Shown piece by piece: positions 53,403 through 63,141 of a stretch of 64,000 nucleotides of DNA (position 1 is its first letter; each line of letters opens with the position of its first letter). Both the position numbers and the translations under genes were made by a program. This DNA is from an uncultured Candidatus Saccharimonas sp. (lineage in GTDB: Bacteria; Patescibacteriota; Saccharimonadia; Saccharimonadales; Saccharimonadaceae), in the NCBI GenBank assembly GCA_964407205.1, contig CAYOUQ010000001.1, positions 29,425 through 93,424 of the forward strand. Direction: 5' to 3'. A model generated the notes under the pieces. The model worked only from the letters and a program-made list of their open reading frames with translations, did not search any database and was not told the origin of the DNA.

Positions 53403-55112
53403 TTATAGGCCTCCACTTTTTAATAGCCCGTCCGTATAAGCATATGAGCGTGAACCGTCGGTATAGCCTGATAGTGGATACTGATGAGCGCTTGTCCAAT
53501 TTGGGTCATCTGTATAACAACCAGATTCCCCGATAATAATTGTCTGATTGACCTCATCAATACCCAGCACAATACCCGTATGTCCTTCCGCCACATTACT
53601 TCCACTGCTAAATATTGCATATGGCCTTGGCTGACTACCAAAAGTAAATTGTCGCCCCTCTGGGTCACTCAACCCCCTAAGACTGTCAACCACTTCTTTC
53701 CCATTTACTGGATGGTCATAGCGAATAGTTGTATACCGATTAATAAAATACTGCGAAACAGCGACACAATTGTAAAGTGTGCCGTTTTTGCATATCGAGC
53801 CGATAGTGATATATTGACTTATCTCGTCTTCTGTCAAGTTCCGATATGCCATCATAAATTCTTTTCCCTGTTCTAATGTCATCCCTCCTGAGACTAAACC
53901 AACCTCTCTACAATTATCTACCATATTCCCCGCCATACCACCGTAAGTGTTATATAGCTCTAAAGCCGAGTCGCGCCTACCCGACCAGTTCTGTAAATAA
54001 TACTCAGCATCTGCATCGTTAGACCAGTATATCGAGCCTCCTCCATTCGAAATCCCAACTTCATAATTTCTAGCTATCGTAAATGTGGCTTTCTTTATTG
54101 CCTCATCAGTACCCGATGTAGCTGTTGACGCATCCCAAAAACCTGTCTTTTCTAACACTGCCTTATAGGAACCGTCCAACTCAGTCTTTAAATAATTCAA
54201 TTGGGTAGTTAAGTCAACTTGAGGCTCCGGTATATTATTCCATCGCCCTGGGTCCTGCCATTGGGCAATACCCCGAAAATAACTGCCCGAATGGCCGACA
54301 GCAGCCGGGTTAAAACCTGATTCTTTATATAAGTTGCCCATTATCGCCGCCATCTGGACGGCATTCATCGGTTGGTCGTTATTACCCGAAAAATTTGTAG
54401 TCGTCAAGAATTTTGCAATAGCCCTGGCATTGTCAGAATCTGGCACTTCCTTGGATGTCGAGCTAGATGGCTGTGCACTCGCGGCGCATTTTTCCTTCAT
54501 GTCTTTTGCCCACCCCGCATCACCCGTCTCGATGCCAAACCTTTCGCCGTTTGATTCGTAAGTTTGCTCACCCACGCCAACATTTCCCGAGGCATTACCA
54601 GTCCCAAATTTAATCAAGTTACTGCCAGCGACAACTTTCTCCAAAATAGTTGCGTATTTAGTAGCCGTCGCATCATCAACACTACCCGAACTTGAATCTA
54701 ATTTATATGGATAATAGCCATCATGACCATCAACCGTCTCATATATTGAATAACTTCTAGAGGCTGCTCGATTAAATATCGACTCCATAAAAGCTTGGAT
54801 TGCCAATTCTCCCTGCCCACCAACTTCTTTATATGTACGATAGAAAAACACCTGCTTGGCTGCGTTTGCCGTGTCTGCATTCATTTGGTCACTTAGGGCC
54901 TTTCGAATCGTTGCCAACTGTGGGCAGCCACCACCCGCTGTCCCGACTGGTTCGGCACAATCGTCGTTGCCATCATAGAACACAATATCATTCGTCGCAT
55001 AAAAACTATTTATCGCAAAAATGTTGCGCGCAAATATACAGTTAAAAATTATAACTCCAGCAAAAAATGCTGACAATATTCTTGTTATACCAACCCCCTT
55101 GCGATGTTTCAT
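53403..55112 (-). CDS. Secreted multi-domain peptidoglycan hydrolase (phage-tail-lysozyme-like middle domain, CHAP/NlpC-like C-terminus)
   Basis: Signal anchor. AAIMGNLYKESGFNPAAVG...GIAQWQ resembles the phage tail lysozyme domain. The C-terminal GHTGIVLGIDEVNQTIIIGESGC resembles CHAP-type His/Cys regions. Confidence 0.6.
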   Translation of the reverse strand: MKHRKGVGITRILSAFFAGVIIFNCIFARNIFAINSFYATNDIVFYDGNDDCAEPVGTAGGGCPQLATIRKALSDQMNADTANAAKQVFFYRTYKEVGGQGELAIQAFMESIFNRAASRSYSIYETVDGHDGYYPYKLDSSSGSVDDATATKYATILEKVVAGSNLIKFGTGNASGNVGVGEQTYESNGERFGIETGDAGWAKDMKEKCAASAQPSSSTSKEVPDSDNARAIAKFLTTTNFSGNNDQPMNAVQMAAIMGNLYKESGFNPAAVGHSGSYFRGIAQWQDPGRWNNIPEPQVDLTTQLNYLKTELDGSYKAVLEKTGFWDASTATSGTDEAIKKATFTIARNYEVGISNGGGSIYWSNDADAEYYLQNWSGRRDSALELYNTYGGMAGNMVDNCREVGLVSGGMTLEQGKEFMMAYRNLTEDEISQYITIGSICKNGTLYNCVAVSQYFINRYTTIRYDHPVNGKEVVDSLRGLSDPEGRQFTFGSQPRPYAIFSSGSNVAEGHTGIVLGIDEVNQTIIIGESGCYTDDPNWTSAHQYPLSGYTDGSRSYAYTDGLLKSGGL

Positions 55113-55235
55113 GATTCAAGTATAAATCAAAATCCGCCAAAAAGGTAGTAACCACAAGCCGAATATTTAGCTGTATAATTCAGTATTCAGCGATTCTATT
55201 GTGCAACAATATTATCTGCAAAAATCTAATTTCTT

Positions 55236-55244
55236 TGCTATAAT
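55236..55244 (+). promoter_or_regulatory. Extended -10 element (TGCTATAAT) upstream of ppdK
   Basis: TGnTATAAT match about 33 nt upstream of the ppdK ATG. GGAGGA SD at 55265-55270. Confidence 0.5.
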
Positions 55245-55276
55245 AGTCACTACGTTTATTAAATGGAGGAGAACTA

Positions 55277-57943
55277 ATGACCAAAACAAAACACACATGG
55301 CTATTCCGCGAAGGTAACGCTAGCATGAAAGACGAATTAGGCGGCAAAGGCGCTAACCTTGCCGAGATGACCAACATCGGCCTACCTGTCCCAGCCGGCT
55401 TTACTATCACCACAATGACCTGTAACGAATATACCGATTTGGGCGAAAAACTACCCGAAGGATTAATGGATGAAGTCAAAGTTGCCCTGGCCGACGTCGA
55501 GAAACAAATGGGTAAAAAACTTGGCGATACTACCAACCCACTTCTAGTTTCTGTCCGATCAGGCGCAAAATTCTCGATGCCAGGCATGATGGATACCGTT
55601 TTAAACCTTGGGCTTAACGACGAAACCGTCGAATCATTAGCTAAAAAGACTAACAACCCACGCATGGCCTATGATTCATACCGTCGCTTCCTGATGATGC
55701 TTTGTGATGTTGCCTATGCCGATGGCAAAAATAAACTTGCCAAACACGATTTTGAACACATTTTTTACGAATTAAAAGAAAAGCTTGGCGCTAAAAGCGA
55801 TGTTGACGTCAATGTTGATGGCCTAAAAGAATTAGTTAAACTGTACAAAGACCATATCAAAAAGCAACTTGGCCGCGAATTCCCCCAAGACGTCTTTGTT
55901 CAACTTCAGGACGCCATCGAAGCCGTCTTTAAATCATGGAATAACGATCGCGCAAAAGTTTATCGCAAAAAAGAACATATCAGCGACACCCTAGGAACCG
56001 CTGTTTCAGTCCAAGCCATGGTATTTGGAAATACTGGCGATACATCGGGCACAGGTGTTGCCTTTTCTCGCGACCCTGCAACCGGAACTAATAATATCTT
56101 TGGTGAATACCTAATGAATGCCCAGGGCGAAGACGTTGTTGCTGGCGTTCGAACGCCTATGCCAATTGCTGATTTGGCTACTCAAAATCCAAAGATTTAC
56201 AAACAATTCAAAGAAATTTGTGAAAAACTGGAAAACCACTATCATGACATGCAAGACGTCGAATTTACTATCGAAAATGACATTTTGTACATATTGCAGT
56301 GTAGAATCGGTAAACGATCAGGCCAAGCTGCCGTCAAGGTTGCGGTTGACATGGTACATGAAGGCCTAATCACTAAAGAAGAAGCAATAAGTCGTGTCAC
56401 CAGCGAACAGCTTGATCAATGCCTACACCCTGTTATTAAACCTGGCACCAAATATGAGGTCTTGGCCAAGGGACTACCAGCCGGCCCAGGCGCCGCAGCC
56501 GGTATTGTCGTATTTAGTGCAAAAGTTGCTGCCGAACTTGGCAAGGGCGGCAAAGGACAGAAAGTTATTTTGGTCCGTGCCGATACCAGCCCAGACGACT
56601 TAAAAGGCATGCTTGCTGCCGAAGGTGTTTTAACCGAACGTGGGGGTATGACCTCTCACGCTGCCCTAGTCGCCCGCGGTTTCGGTATCCCAACTGTAGC
56701 TGGTTGTTCTGCAATCAAAGTTGATGAAAAGAACCACCAATTCAAAGTTGGCGACAAAATCATCAAAGAAGGCGATCCGATTTCCCTTAATGGTGGAATT
56801 GGCGAAGTTATTAATGGCAATGTCGAAGTTGTTGCCCCAGAGTTGGCTGGCGAGTTCGGCGAATTGCTTACCTGGGCAGATGAAATCCGCAAACTAAATA
56901 TTCGTACCAATGCCGACACTCCTGACGACGTAGCATTAGCAGTTAAGTTTGGCGCTGAAGGCGTTGGCTTGTGCCGCACCGAGCATATGTTCTTTGCAGC
57001 TGACCGCCGCCCAATCGTTCAGGCTATGATTATGGCAAAGACCGACGATGAACGCCAAGTAGAATTAAATAAGTTGCTTGTTTTCCAACGAAATGACTTT
57101 ATCGAAATGTTTAAAGCCCTTGATGGCCGACCAGCAACCATTCGTTTGATCGACCCACCACTTCACGAATTCTTACCAAACCTAGAAGAGTTAATCGAAA
57201 AAGTCGCTATCCAAAAAGCCAACGGTAAAGTTAATTCAGATGACGAAGTCATGCTTGAAACTGTTAGGTCTATGCACGAAATCAACCCAATGATGGGTCT
57301 GCGTGGCTGTCGACTTTCAATTGTTTTCCCGCAAATCGTTGAAATGCAAACTCGTGCCATTATCGAAGGCGCTATCGAGGCTCAAAAGTCAGGTGTTCAG
57401 GCTCATCCAGAAATAATGATTCCACTCGTTGGGCACATTAACGAGCTGAGATGGGTTCGCAAAAAACTTGATGCTTGTGCCAAAAAGGTTATCAGCGAAG
57501 CCAAGGCTAAACTGGATTACAAATTCGGCACCATGATCGAAATACCACGCGCTGCCCTGACCGCTGATCAAATTGCTACCGAAGCCGAATTCTTTAGCTT
57601 TGGTACCAACGATTTGACCCAAATGACATTTGGGTTCAGCCGCGACGATAGCGACAGGTTCTTAAAACCATACGTCGAAGATAAGATTTTGCCAGGCGAT
57701 CCATTTGAATCAATCGACACCGAAGGCGTCGGTCAATTAATGGAAACCGCTGTTAAAAAAGGCCGATCGGTTAAAAAGGACCTTAAAATGGGAATTTGTG
57801 GCGAACATGGTGGTGAAGTTGCATCTATTAACTTCTGCCACCAAATCGGCCTTAACTACGTCAGTTGTAGCCCATTCCGCGTCCCAATTGCTCGCCTAGC
57901 TGCTGCTCAAGCAGTTTTGGCTGGCAAAGAACGCGACAAATAA
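55277..57943 (+). CDS. ppdK: Pyruvate, phosphate dikinase
   Basis: 888 aa with an ATP-grasp N-domain, the phospho-His motif GGMTSHAALVARG and a C-terminal PEP-utilising TIM barrel (GICGEHGG). Confidence 0.95.
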   Translation: MTKTKHTWLFREGNASMKDELGGKGANLAEMTNIGLPVPAGFTITTMTCNEYTDLGEKLPEGLMDEVKVALADVEKQMGKKLGDTTNPLLVSVRSGAKFSMPGMMDTVLNLGLNDETVESLAKKTNNPRMAYDSYRRFLMMLCDVAYADGKNKLAKHDFEHIFYELKEKLGAKSDVDVNVDGLKELVKLYKDHIKKQLGREFPQDVFVQLQDAIEAVFKSWNNDRAKVYRKKEHISDTLGTAVSVQAMVFGNTGDTSGTGVAFSRDPATGTNNIFGEYLMNAQGEDVVAGVRTPMPIADLATQNPKIYKQFKEICEKLENHYHDMQDVEFTIENDILYILQCRIGKRSGQAAVKVAVDMVHEGLITKEEAISRVTSEQLDQCLHPVIKPGTKYEVLAKGLPAGPGAAAGIVVFSAKVAAELGKGGKGQKVILVRADTSPDDLKGMLAAEGVLTERGGMTSHAALVARGFGIPTVAGCSAIKVDEKNHQFKVGDKIIKEGDPISLNGGIGEVINGNVEVVAPELAGEFGELLTWADEIRKLNIRTNADTPDDVALAVKFGAEGVGLCRTEHMFFAADRRPIVQAMIMAKTDDERQVELNKLLVFQRNDFIEMFKALDGRPATIRLIDPPLHEFLPNLEELIEKVAIQKANGKVNSDDEVMLETVRSMHEINPMMGLRGCRLSIVFPQIVEMQTRAIIEGAIEAQKSGVQAHPEIMIPLVGHINELRWVRKKLDACAKKVISEAKAKLDYKFGTMIEIPRAALTADQIATEAEFFSFGTNDLTQMTFGFSRDDSDRFLKPYVEDKILPGDPFESIDTEGVGQLMETAVKKGRSVKKDLKMGICGEHGGEVASINFCHQIGLNYVSCSPFRVPIARLAAAQAVLAGKERDK

Positions 57944-57966
57944 TTTGCTTTAACCAGCAAGTACTA

Positions 57967-57999
57967 AAATAGCCCGCATTTTACTGCGGGCTATTTTTT
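57967..57999 (+). terminator. Rho-independent terminator of ppdK
   Basis: AAAATAGCCCGCA-ttttac-TGCGGGCTATTTTTT. Confidence 0.8.
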
Positions 58000-58007
58000 G
58001 ATAAAGA

Positions 58008-58049
58008 AAAAAAGGCCTTTGGGTACGAATACCACAAAGACCTTTTACC
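58008..58049 (-). terminator. Probable terminator of the 81-aa orphan gene
   Basis: On the minus strand: AAGGUCUUUGUGG-uauucgua-CCCAAAGGCCUU followed by UUUUUUU. The stem is imperfect. Confidence 0.5.
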
Positions 58050-58053
58050 CATA

Positions 58054-58299
58054 TCAGTATGGGTGACGGCCGACACGGATGCCGGCCCGCTGCAGAACAA
58101 TTCTCGTTTTTACATCGGCATCATCCTCACTGAGGACTTTGCCTTTCGTTTGTTCAACGAAAAATGATCTTAACGCAGCGATAAGGGCGCGATGCCCTTT
58201 GCGAAAACCGCGGATTTTGAGATAGGTGTTTTGTATTTCACCCACCTGCTTCGAAAATTCGAATCCTTCGGTTTTCATGAGTTTTGACATGGAGTCCAT
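58054..58299 (-). CDS. Orphan 81-aa hypothetical protein on a G+C-richer patch
   Basis: SD AAGGGGG lies 8 nt before the ATG. A consensus promoter lies about 150 nt upstream and a hairpin terminator downstream. No family recognised. Confidence 0.5.
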   Translation of the reverse strand: MDSMSKLMKTEGFEFSKQVGEIQNTYLKIRGFRKGHRALIAALRSFFVEQTKGKVLSEDDADVKTRIVLQRAGIRVGRHPY

Positions 58300-58338
58300 T
58301 TACGGACCCCCTTTCATTTTTTTTACCGCTTTCGCGAA

Positions 58339-58392
58339 ACAAGGCGGCATATTTGCCAGTTTCTACCTTAACTAGAAAACAAGCCGCCTTGT
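58339..58392. repeat. Nested hairpin in the leader of the 81-aa orphan gene
   Basis: The 10-bp outer stem is ACAAGGCGGC (58339-58348) with GCCGCCTTGT (58383-58392). The 7-bp inner stem is GTTTCTA (58359-58365) with TAGAAAC (58373-58379). Confidence 0.7.
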
Positions 58393-58458
58393 AACTATTA
58401 AAATGAATATTTGCGCTGTCACTTGGTGTATTTCTACTACTAATGCGACAGTATTTGT

Positions 58459-58487
58459 ATTATAGCACAACCAGTATTAATTGTCAA
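58459..58487 (-). promoter_or_regulatory. Perfect consensus sigma-70 promoter upstream of the 81-aa orphan
   Basis: On the minus strand: TTGACA (58487-58482), a 17-nt spacer, then TATAAT (58464-58459). Confidence 0.65.
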
Positions 58488-58490
58488 TGC

Positions 58491-58814
58491 CTACCATTTC
58501 AGCCAAAGAAAAATATCTTTATCGAAGATTGAAAATTCGAAAAAGTGACCATATATCAGCGCAATTGCTACGGTCAGGAAAATCGCAAAAATATACGCTT
58601 TCGAGCTATCGTTAGAGCCTGCTTGTGTTTTTTCACCAGACATCCCCTGCCTAGTCGCTGCAGCACAGCCAATTATCATAAATATAAAACCTACCGCCGC
58701 TGAAAAAATATGAACAATATTTGTTGGTGGTAAAAACGCAGATATTAATATACATAAAAATGCGATAATAAATATCTTATGCCAATTCATCAATTTTATT
58801 GATTTTTTGCTCAT
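58491..58814 (-). CDS. Small membrane protein (3 TM helices), hypothetical
   Basis: 107 aa and hydrophobic. 4-nt ATGA overlap with the P-type ATPase stop. Confidence 0.55.
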   Translation of the reverse strand: MSKKSIKLMNWHKIFIIAFLCILISAFLPPTNIVHIFSAAVGFIFMIIGCAAATRQGMSGEKTQAGSNDSSKAYIFAIFLTVAIALIYGHFFEFSIFDKDIFLWLKW

Positions 58815-61348
58815 TTTCGTTTGACCTCTCTTCCTTTGTTAAAAAACTTACGACCAATCCATTTATGTATTTCAATTACAACAATTGGTATAACGAATGC
58901 TAACAATGTTGACATAACTAAATCATTCATATTTGGGGTCACCTTAATGTGTAACGCATTATGCAAAAACCCAGTTATTGCGAAAACCTGACTAACCACA
59001 GCAATGGCTAGACCGATAATAAACGGCCAACTTATTTTTAATATTCGCTTGTACAACGGCTCATAATCACTTCGGCTATTAATTGCACTTGCCCATTGCA
59101 TAACAACCAATGCATTAAAAGTAATCGTTCTGGCATAGTCAACTCCATCTGTCGCAATAAATCGTAAATATAGCCAGAGCGAAATTGCAGCCATAGTAAT
59201 TGTTGTTAACATTATTCTTGAAATCATAAATTTACTAAACAACGACGCGTTTGGTTTGATTGGAGGTCGCAACATATTCCGTTTTTCACCTGGTTCAAGC
59301 CCTAGTGGAATTACCATGCAAGTATCTGTCACAAGATTAACCCACAATATTTGCACCGCCATTAGTGGTATTGGTGCTCCAATTATCAAGGCCCCCAAGG
59401 CCAATAATACCTCGCCAGCGTTTGTCGATAGTAAGTATGCTACCATACGTTTGATATTGGCATATACTGTTCGCCCTTCGTGGACTGCATCCACAATCGA
59501 ACGAAAATTATCGTCTAATAAAATAATGTCACCAGCGTCTTTAGCTATACTTGTGCCACTCCCCATCGCAACACCGACATGGGCGTTTGTTAGTGCAGGC
59601 ACATCGTTCACTCCGTCACCTGTCATTGCTGTTATTTCTGTCTGTTTTAATATACTTAACAATCTGTGTTTGTTTTCTGGAGTTACGCGAGCATAAACTC
59701 TAATCTTGTCTACACTATCCAATAATTCCTTATCTGTCATATCTCGCATCAAACTACTATCAAGAACCTCACTCCTGTCGTCAACAATCCCCAACTGCTT
59801 GCCAATATTGTAAGCTGTCTCAAAATGGTCTCCAGTAACCATACACACTTTAATACCAGCACTATGCGCTCGTTTTATCGCGGCGTTTGCTTCATTGCGC
59901 AAAACGTCAGCTACTCCAATCAACCCGTCAAACTCAAATACTTCTTTTTTGTCAATTTCTTCAAACGAATTTAGCACATTATTCATTCTTATATGGGCCA
60001 GTGCCAATACTCGCAGCCCGCTGGCAGCCATACTTAAAACCTGATTACGAATTTCATTGCTCTGTGTTTTTTCAAAATGACAAAGTTCAATAACTTTTTC
60101 TGGCGCTCCTTTTATAAATAATTCGTACGAGCCATTGGTATGAATAAGGTTACCGCTCATCGCATATTGTTGTGAGAATGGCAACGTCATCGATATTTTT
60201 TCTCTGTTGATAATTTCTGATTTAGCTAAATAATTTTCCATTGCTAAATCAAGTGGATCACGCGATTTCGATATTGCTGGCAATAAACTATGTGATATTG
60301 CTTTCTTAATATCAATCAGTGTGTCGTCCATCTGCCAGGTTTTTTGAACCGTTAACATATTCTTTGTTAATGTACCAGTTTTATCAGTCGCAATAGTTGT
60401 TACTATTCCGACAGTCTCGATTGCCGGCTGGTTTTTGACTAACGCTTTCTTTTTTGCCATTCGTCGCATGCCTAAAACTAAGATAACCGTAATAGCAACT
60501 GGTAACCCCTCAGGCACAGCACTAACTGACAGAGCCAACACATATCTTATTGCATCAGATATACTCATACCTCTATAAAGTGACAACGCAAAAGCAATTG
60601 CCGCGACAACAGCAATAACTTTAACGATAATAGATATCAACTTGTTTATTCGTTTTTGGACTGGGCTTTCATTGTTACTTGATACTGACAATTTTGCTAA
60701 TTTTCCATACTCCGTATTATTACCAGTATTTATAACCATTGCCTTCGCTTGACCACCCACTACAAACGAGCCATTAAATACCATATTTGATTGATCATAA
60801 ACATCTTTGTCGTCTGTAATATTTCCAGTATCTTTTTCAACCGGTAATGATTCTCCTGTCATCTGTGACTCGTCAACTCGTAATGAATCTACGCTGATTA
60901 GCCGACAGTCAGCAGGTATTTTATCGCCTTCTTCAATGACAATAATGTCTCCGGGCACTAAATTGATTGAATCAACCTTTACCATCTGATTATCACGAAT
61001 AGCATCAACCATTAAACTATTCTTTTTTTGAAGTGATTTAAGCACACGGTCTGTTGAAAATTGTTGAATATAATAAATACCTGCGTCTACGAAAACAATT
61101 ACACCGATAATAACAGCATCGATATTTTCTTTTTTTACCAAACTAATAACAACCGCGAATAGCAAAACCGCCATAAATATATCTTTAAATGGTTCAGATA
61201 ATTTTTTCCAAAACGATTTCCCTTTAATGATAATCTCGTTTTTACCATATTCAGCCAAACGCTCATCTACTTCGCTTCTTGAAAGGCCTTCCAGCCTTGA
61301 TTGTAGACTCTCGAAACATTCCTCAACCGACAATTTATAGTATTTCAT
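58811..61348 (-). CDS. P-type cation-transporting ATPase (type IIA, Ca2+-ATPase-like)
   Basis: DKTGTLT phosphorylation site, TGES, PEGLP (ion-site helix M4) and TGDGVNDVPAL motifs. Confidence 0.9.
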   Translation of the reverse strand: MKYYKLSVEECFESLQSRLEGLSRSEVDERLAEYGKNEIIIKGKSFWKKLSEPFKDIFMAVLLFAVVISLVKKENIDAVIIGVIVFVDAGIYYIQQFSTDRVLKSLQKKNSLMVDAIRDNQMVKVDSINLVPGDIIVIEEGDKIPADCRLISVDSLRVDESQMTGESLPVEKDTGNITDDKDVYDQSNMVFNGSFVVGGQAKAMVINTGNNTEYGKLAKLSVSSNNESPVQKRINKLISIIVKVIAVVAAIAFALSLYRGMSISDAIRYVLALSVSAVPEGLPVAITVILVLGMRRMAKKKALVKNQPAIETVGIVTTIATDKTGTLTKNMLTVQKTWQMDDTLIDIKKAISHSLLPAISKSRDPLDLAMENYLAKSEIINREKISMTLPFSQQYAMSGNLIHTNGSYELFIKGAPEKVIELCHFEKTQSNEIRNQVLSMAASGLRVLALAHIRMNNVLNSFEEIDKKEVFEFDGLIGVADVLRNEANAAIKRAHSAGIKVCMVTGDHFETAYNIGKQLGIVDDRSEVLDSSLMRDMTDKELLDSVDKIRVYARVTPENKHRLLSILKQTEITAMTGDGVNDVPALTNAHVGVAMGSGTSIAKDAGDIILLDDNFRSIVDAVHEGRTVYANIKRMVAYLLSTNAGEVLLALGALIIGAPIPLMAVQILWVNLVTDTCMVIPLGLEPGEKRNMLRPPIKPNASLFSKFMISRIMLTTITMAAISLWLYLRFIATDGVDYARTITFNALVVMQWASAINSRSDYEPLYKRILKISWPFIIGLAIAVVSQVFAITGFLHNALHIKVTPNMNDLVMSTLLAFVIPIVVIEIHKWIGRKFFNKGREVKRK

Positions 61349-61439
61349 TAATGATAATTATATCTTAAAAAGCTTTTGCTTCAAAATCAAAAAACATACA
61401 TACCTATGTATTTATTCGATTAACTAATATAATACATCT

Positions 61440-62606
61440 ATGAAACGGCGTGCTATTTTTATCTGTCCGTTAATAATTGCTTTAGTAGGTCTTGGCATCT
61501 ACGCGATTCTGTCAAAGCTACCAAATCCCACCAAGTCAGCCGATACATCTGTTACAGAACCAGTTCCGCTGGATGCCGATACGGTCTTTGTAAATCAACA
61601 GCTGGACAAAATGACTTTGCGCCAAAAAGTGTCCAGTTTATTCATTCTGCACACACAGGGATACGACGCTTCGGCTTTGAGCACATATTTGCAAACCTAC
61701 CAACCCAGCGGGCTGATATTCATGTCCGACAATATTCCACCAAGTCTTGAAGAGATGACGGCGTTGACCACCCAGTTGCAGACAAATGCTGGCCTGCCTT
61801 ATTTGTTCGCCATTGACGGCGAAGGTGGCGTCGTTAATCGATTGCGCAGTGACGACACGTTTTTATCGGCGGCTGAATTAAAGTCTTTGCCGCCAACCGA
61901 AACCGAAACCGCGTTTCGCCAACGCTCACAGTTGCTAAAAACGGCTGGTATTAACCTGAACTTTGGCATCGTGGCTGACGTTAACGGCAACCCGGATTCG
62001 TTTATTTATGATCGGACATTCGGTGGCGACGCTGCGCAAGTCAGTGACCATGTCGCCGCTGCAGTGCGCGGAGCAGACGGTCTGACACTTTCAACCCTAA
62101 AGCACTTCCCTGGACATGGCGAGACTTCTGATGACTCCCATTTTTTGACCCCAACAACCGATACGTCAATTAATAATTGGCGAACAAACGATAATCCGCC
62201 ATTTGCCAGCGGCATTGATGCTGGCGCTGAATTTGTCATGTTTGGGCATTTAATTTACAGCTCTGTTGACCCATTACCGGCCAGTCTATCTGCAAAATGG
62301 CATCGGATTTTGACCGGTACTAACAAGTTTTATGGCATTTCTATTACCGACGATATGATAATGTTGCAACAAACTGGCGATCCAGCTTACGCCGACCCAG
62401 TCGCTAACGCTGTCAGCGCCATTAATGCCGGCAACACCATGTTGTTATATGTTATTGACCCGAATAGTGATGTTGGCAATATCGATCCAAACACTTTAAT
62501 TGATGGAATCGAAACAGCGGTAAATGATGGCACGATTCCAATTGAAATAATAACTAATAACTGTCGCAAAATCTTGTTGTTGCGACGACAGCTAGTTAAA
62601 GATTAA
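61440..62606 (+). CDS. Glycoside hydrolase family 3 (NagZ-like beta-N-acetylhexosaminidase), membrane anchored or secreted
   Basis: N-terminal TM/signal segment and the KHFPGHGETSDDSH catalytic region typical of GH3 NagZ-type enzymes. Confidence 0.8.
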   Translation: MKRRAIFICPLIIALVGLGIYAILSKLPNPTKSADTSVTEPVPLDADTVFVNQQLDKMTLRQKVSSLFILHTQGYDASALSTYLQTYQPSGLIFMSDNIPPSLEEMTALTTQLQTNAGLPYLFAIDGEGGVVNRLRSDDTFLSAAELKSLPPTETETAFRQRSQLLKTAGINLNFGIVADVNGNPDSFIYDRTFGGDAAQVSDHVAAAVRGADGLTLSTLKHFPGHGETSDDSHFLTPTTDTSINNWRTNDNPPFASGIDAGAEFVMFGHLIYSSVDPLPASLSAKWHRILTGTNKFYGISITDDMIMLQQTGDPAYADPVANAVSAINAGNTMLLYVIDPNSDVGNIDPNTLIDGIETAVNDGTIPIEIITNNCRKILLLRRQLVKD

Positions 62607-62609
62607 AAT

Positions 62610-63089
62610 CTATTTCTTTTTACTGCGCAAAATGTATGAGGCGGCCAAAGCACCTGGAACCACTGCGATTAAACTGACCAAGCTAAGGGCATTGCCCATA
62701 GCATATATTACAGATATTTGTGTTTCTGAAACCGTACCAGCGGTATCTTGTCCCAGGAATGATAGTATCCCATCGATTACTGGATAATAAGCCAGCGCCA
62801 TCGTAAATAGCACAGCAGGAATATGCACCAAATCGTGTGCCAGTTGCTGCTTTTGTGTTTGCTTTGCCTGTATAAGTTTGTTACCAAACTTGTACTTGCC
62901 AATCAAATACACCGGGACGGCGCTCAGTAGGCCCATCCACATTATCATCTGTACGATGCTGTAGGCCACGCCCGTGATGGCACTAATTGAGTTAAGTGCT
63001 AGTGCCGAAACAATAAATACGGCAATTGGACTATGCATTAATATTATTGCGAACTTCTTGTTTTTTGGCGAGATTGATTTTTTCTTCAT
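62610..63089 (-). CDS. Hypothetical 4-TM membrane protein
   Basis: 159-aa hydrophobic ORF with no motif recognised. Confidence 0.5.
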   Translation of the reverse strand: MKKKSISPKNKKFAIILMHSPIAVFIVSALALNSISAITGVAYSIVQMIMWMGLLSAVPVYLIGKYKFGNKLIQAKQTQKQQLAHDLVHIPAVLFTMALAYYPVIDGILSFLGQDTAGTVSETQISVIYAMGNALSLVSLIAVVPGALAASYILRSKKK

Positions 63090-63141
63090 AACAAAATATT
63101 AGCACAAGCGGATTAATTTATCAAAAAATACAACAAATGTA

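Noticed and set aside
55180-55665. 161-aa minus-strand ORF overlapping the ppdK start, and similar long antisense ORFs (for example 44851-45345, 21283-21723, 51552-51887)
   Set aside because: All are embedded antisense in well-supported conserved genes and have Ser/Pro/Leu-rich low-information composition. They are shadow ORFs.
58339-58400. Hairpin plus A-rich tail in the 81-aa gene leader looked superficially like a preQ1-I riboswitch (GUUUCUAG..., A-run)
   Set aside because: The stem and loop sizes and the conserved loop nucleotides do not match the preQ1-I consensus as I remember it. The downstream gene also has no link to queuosine metabolism.
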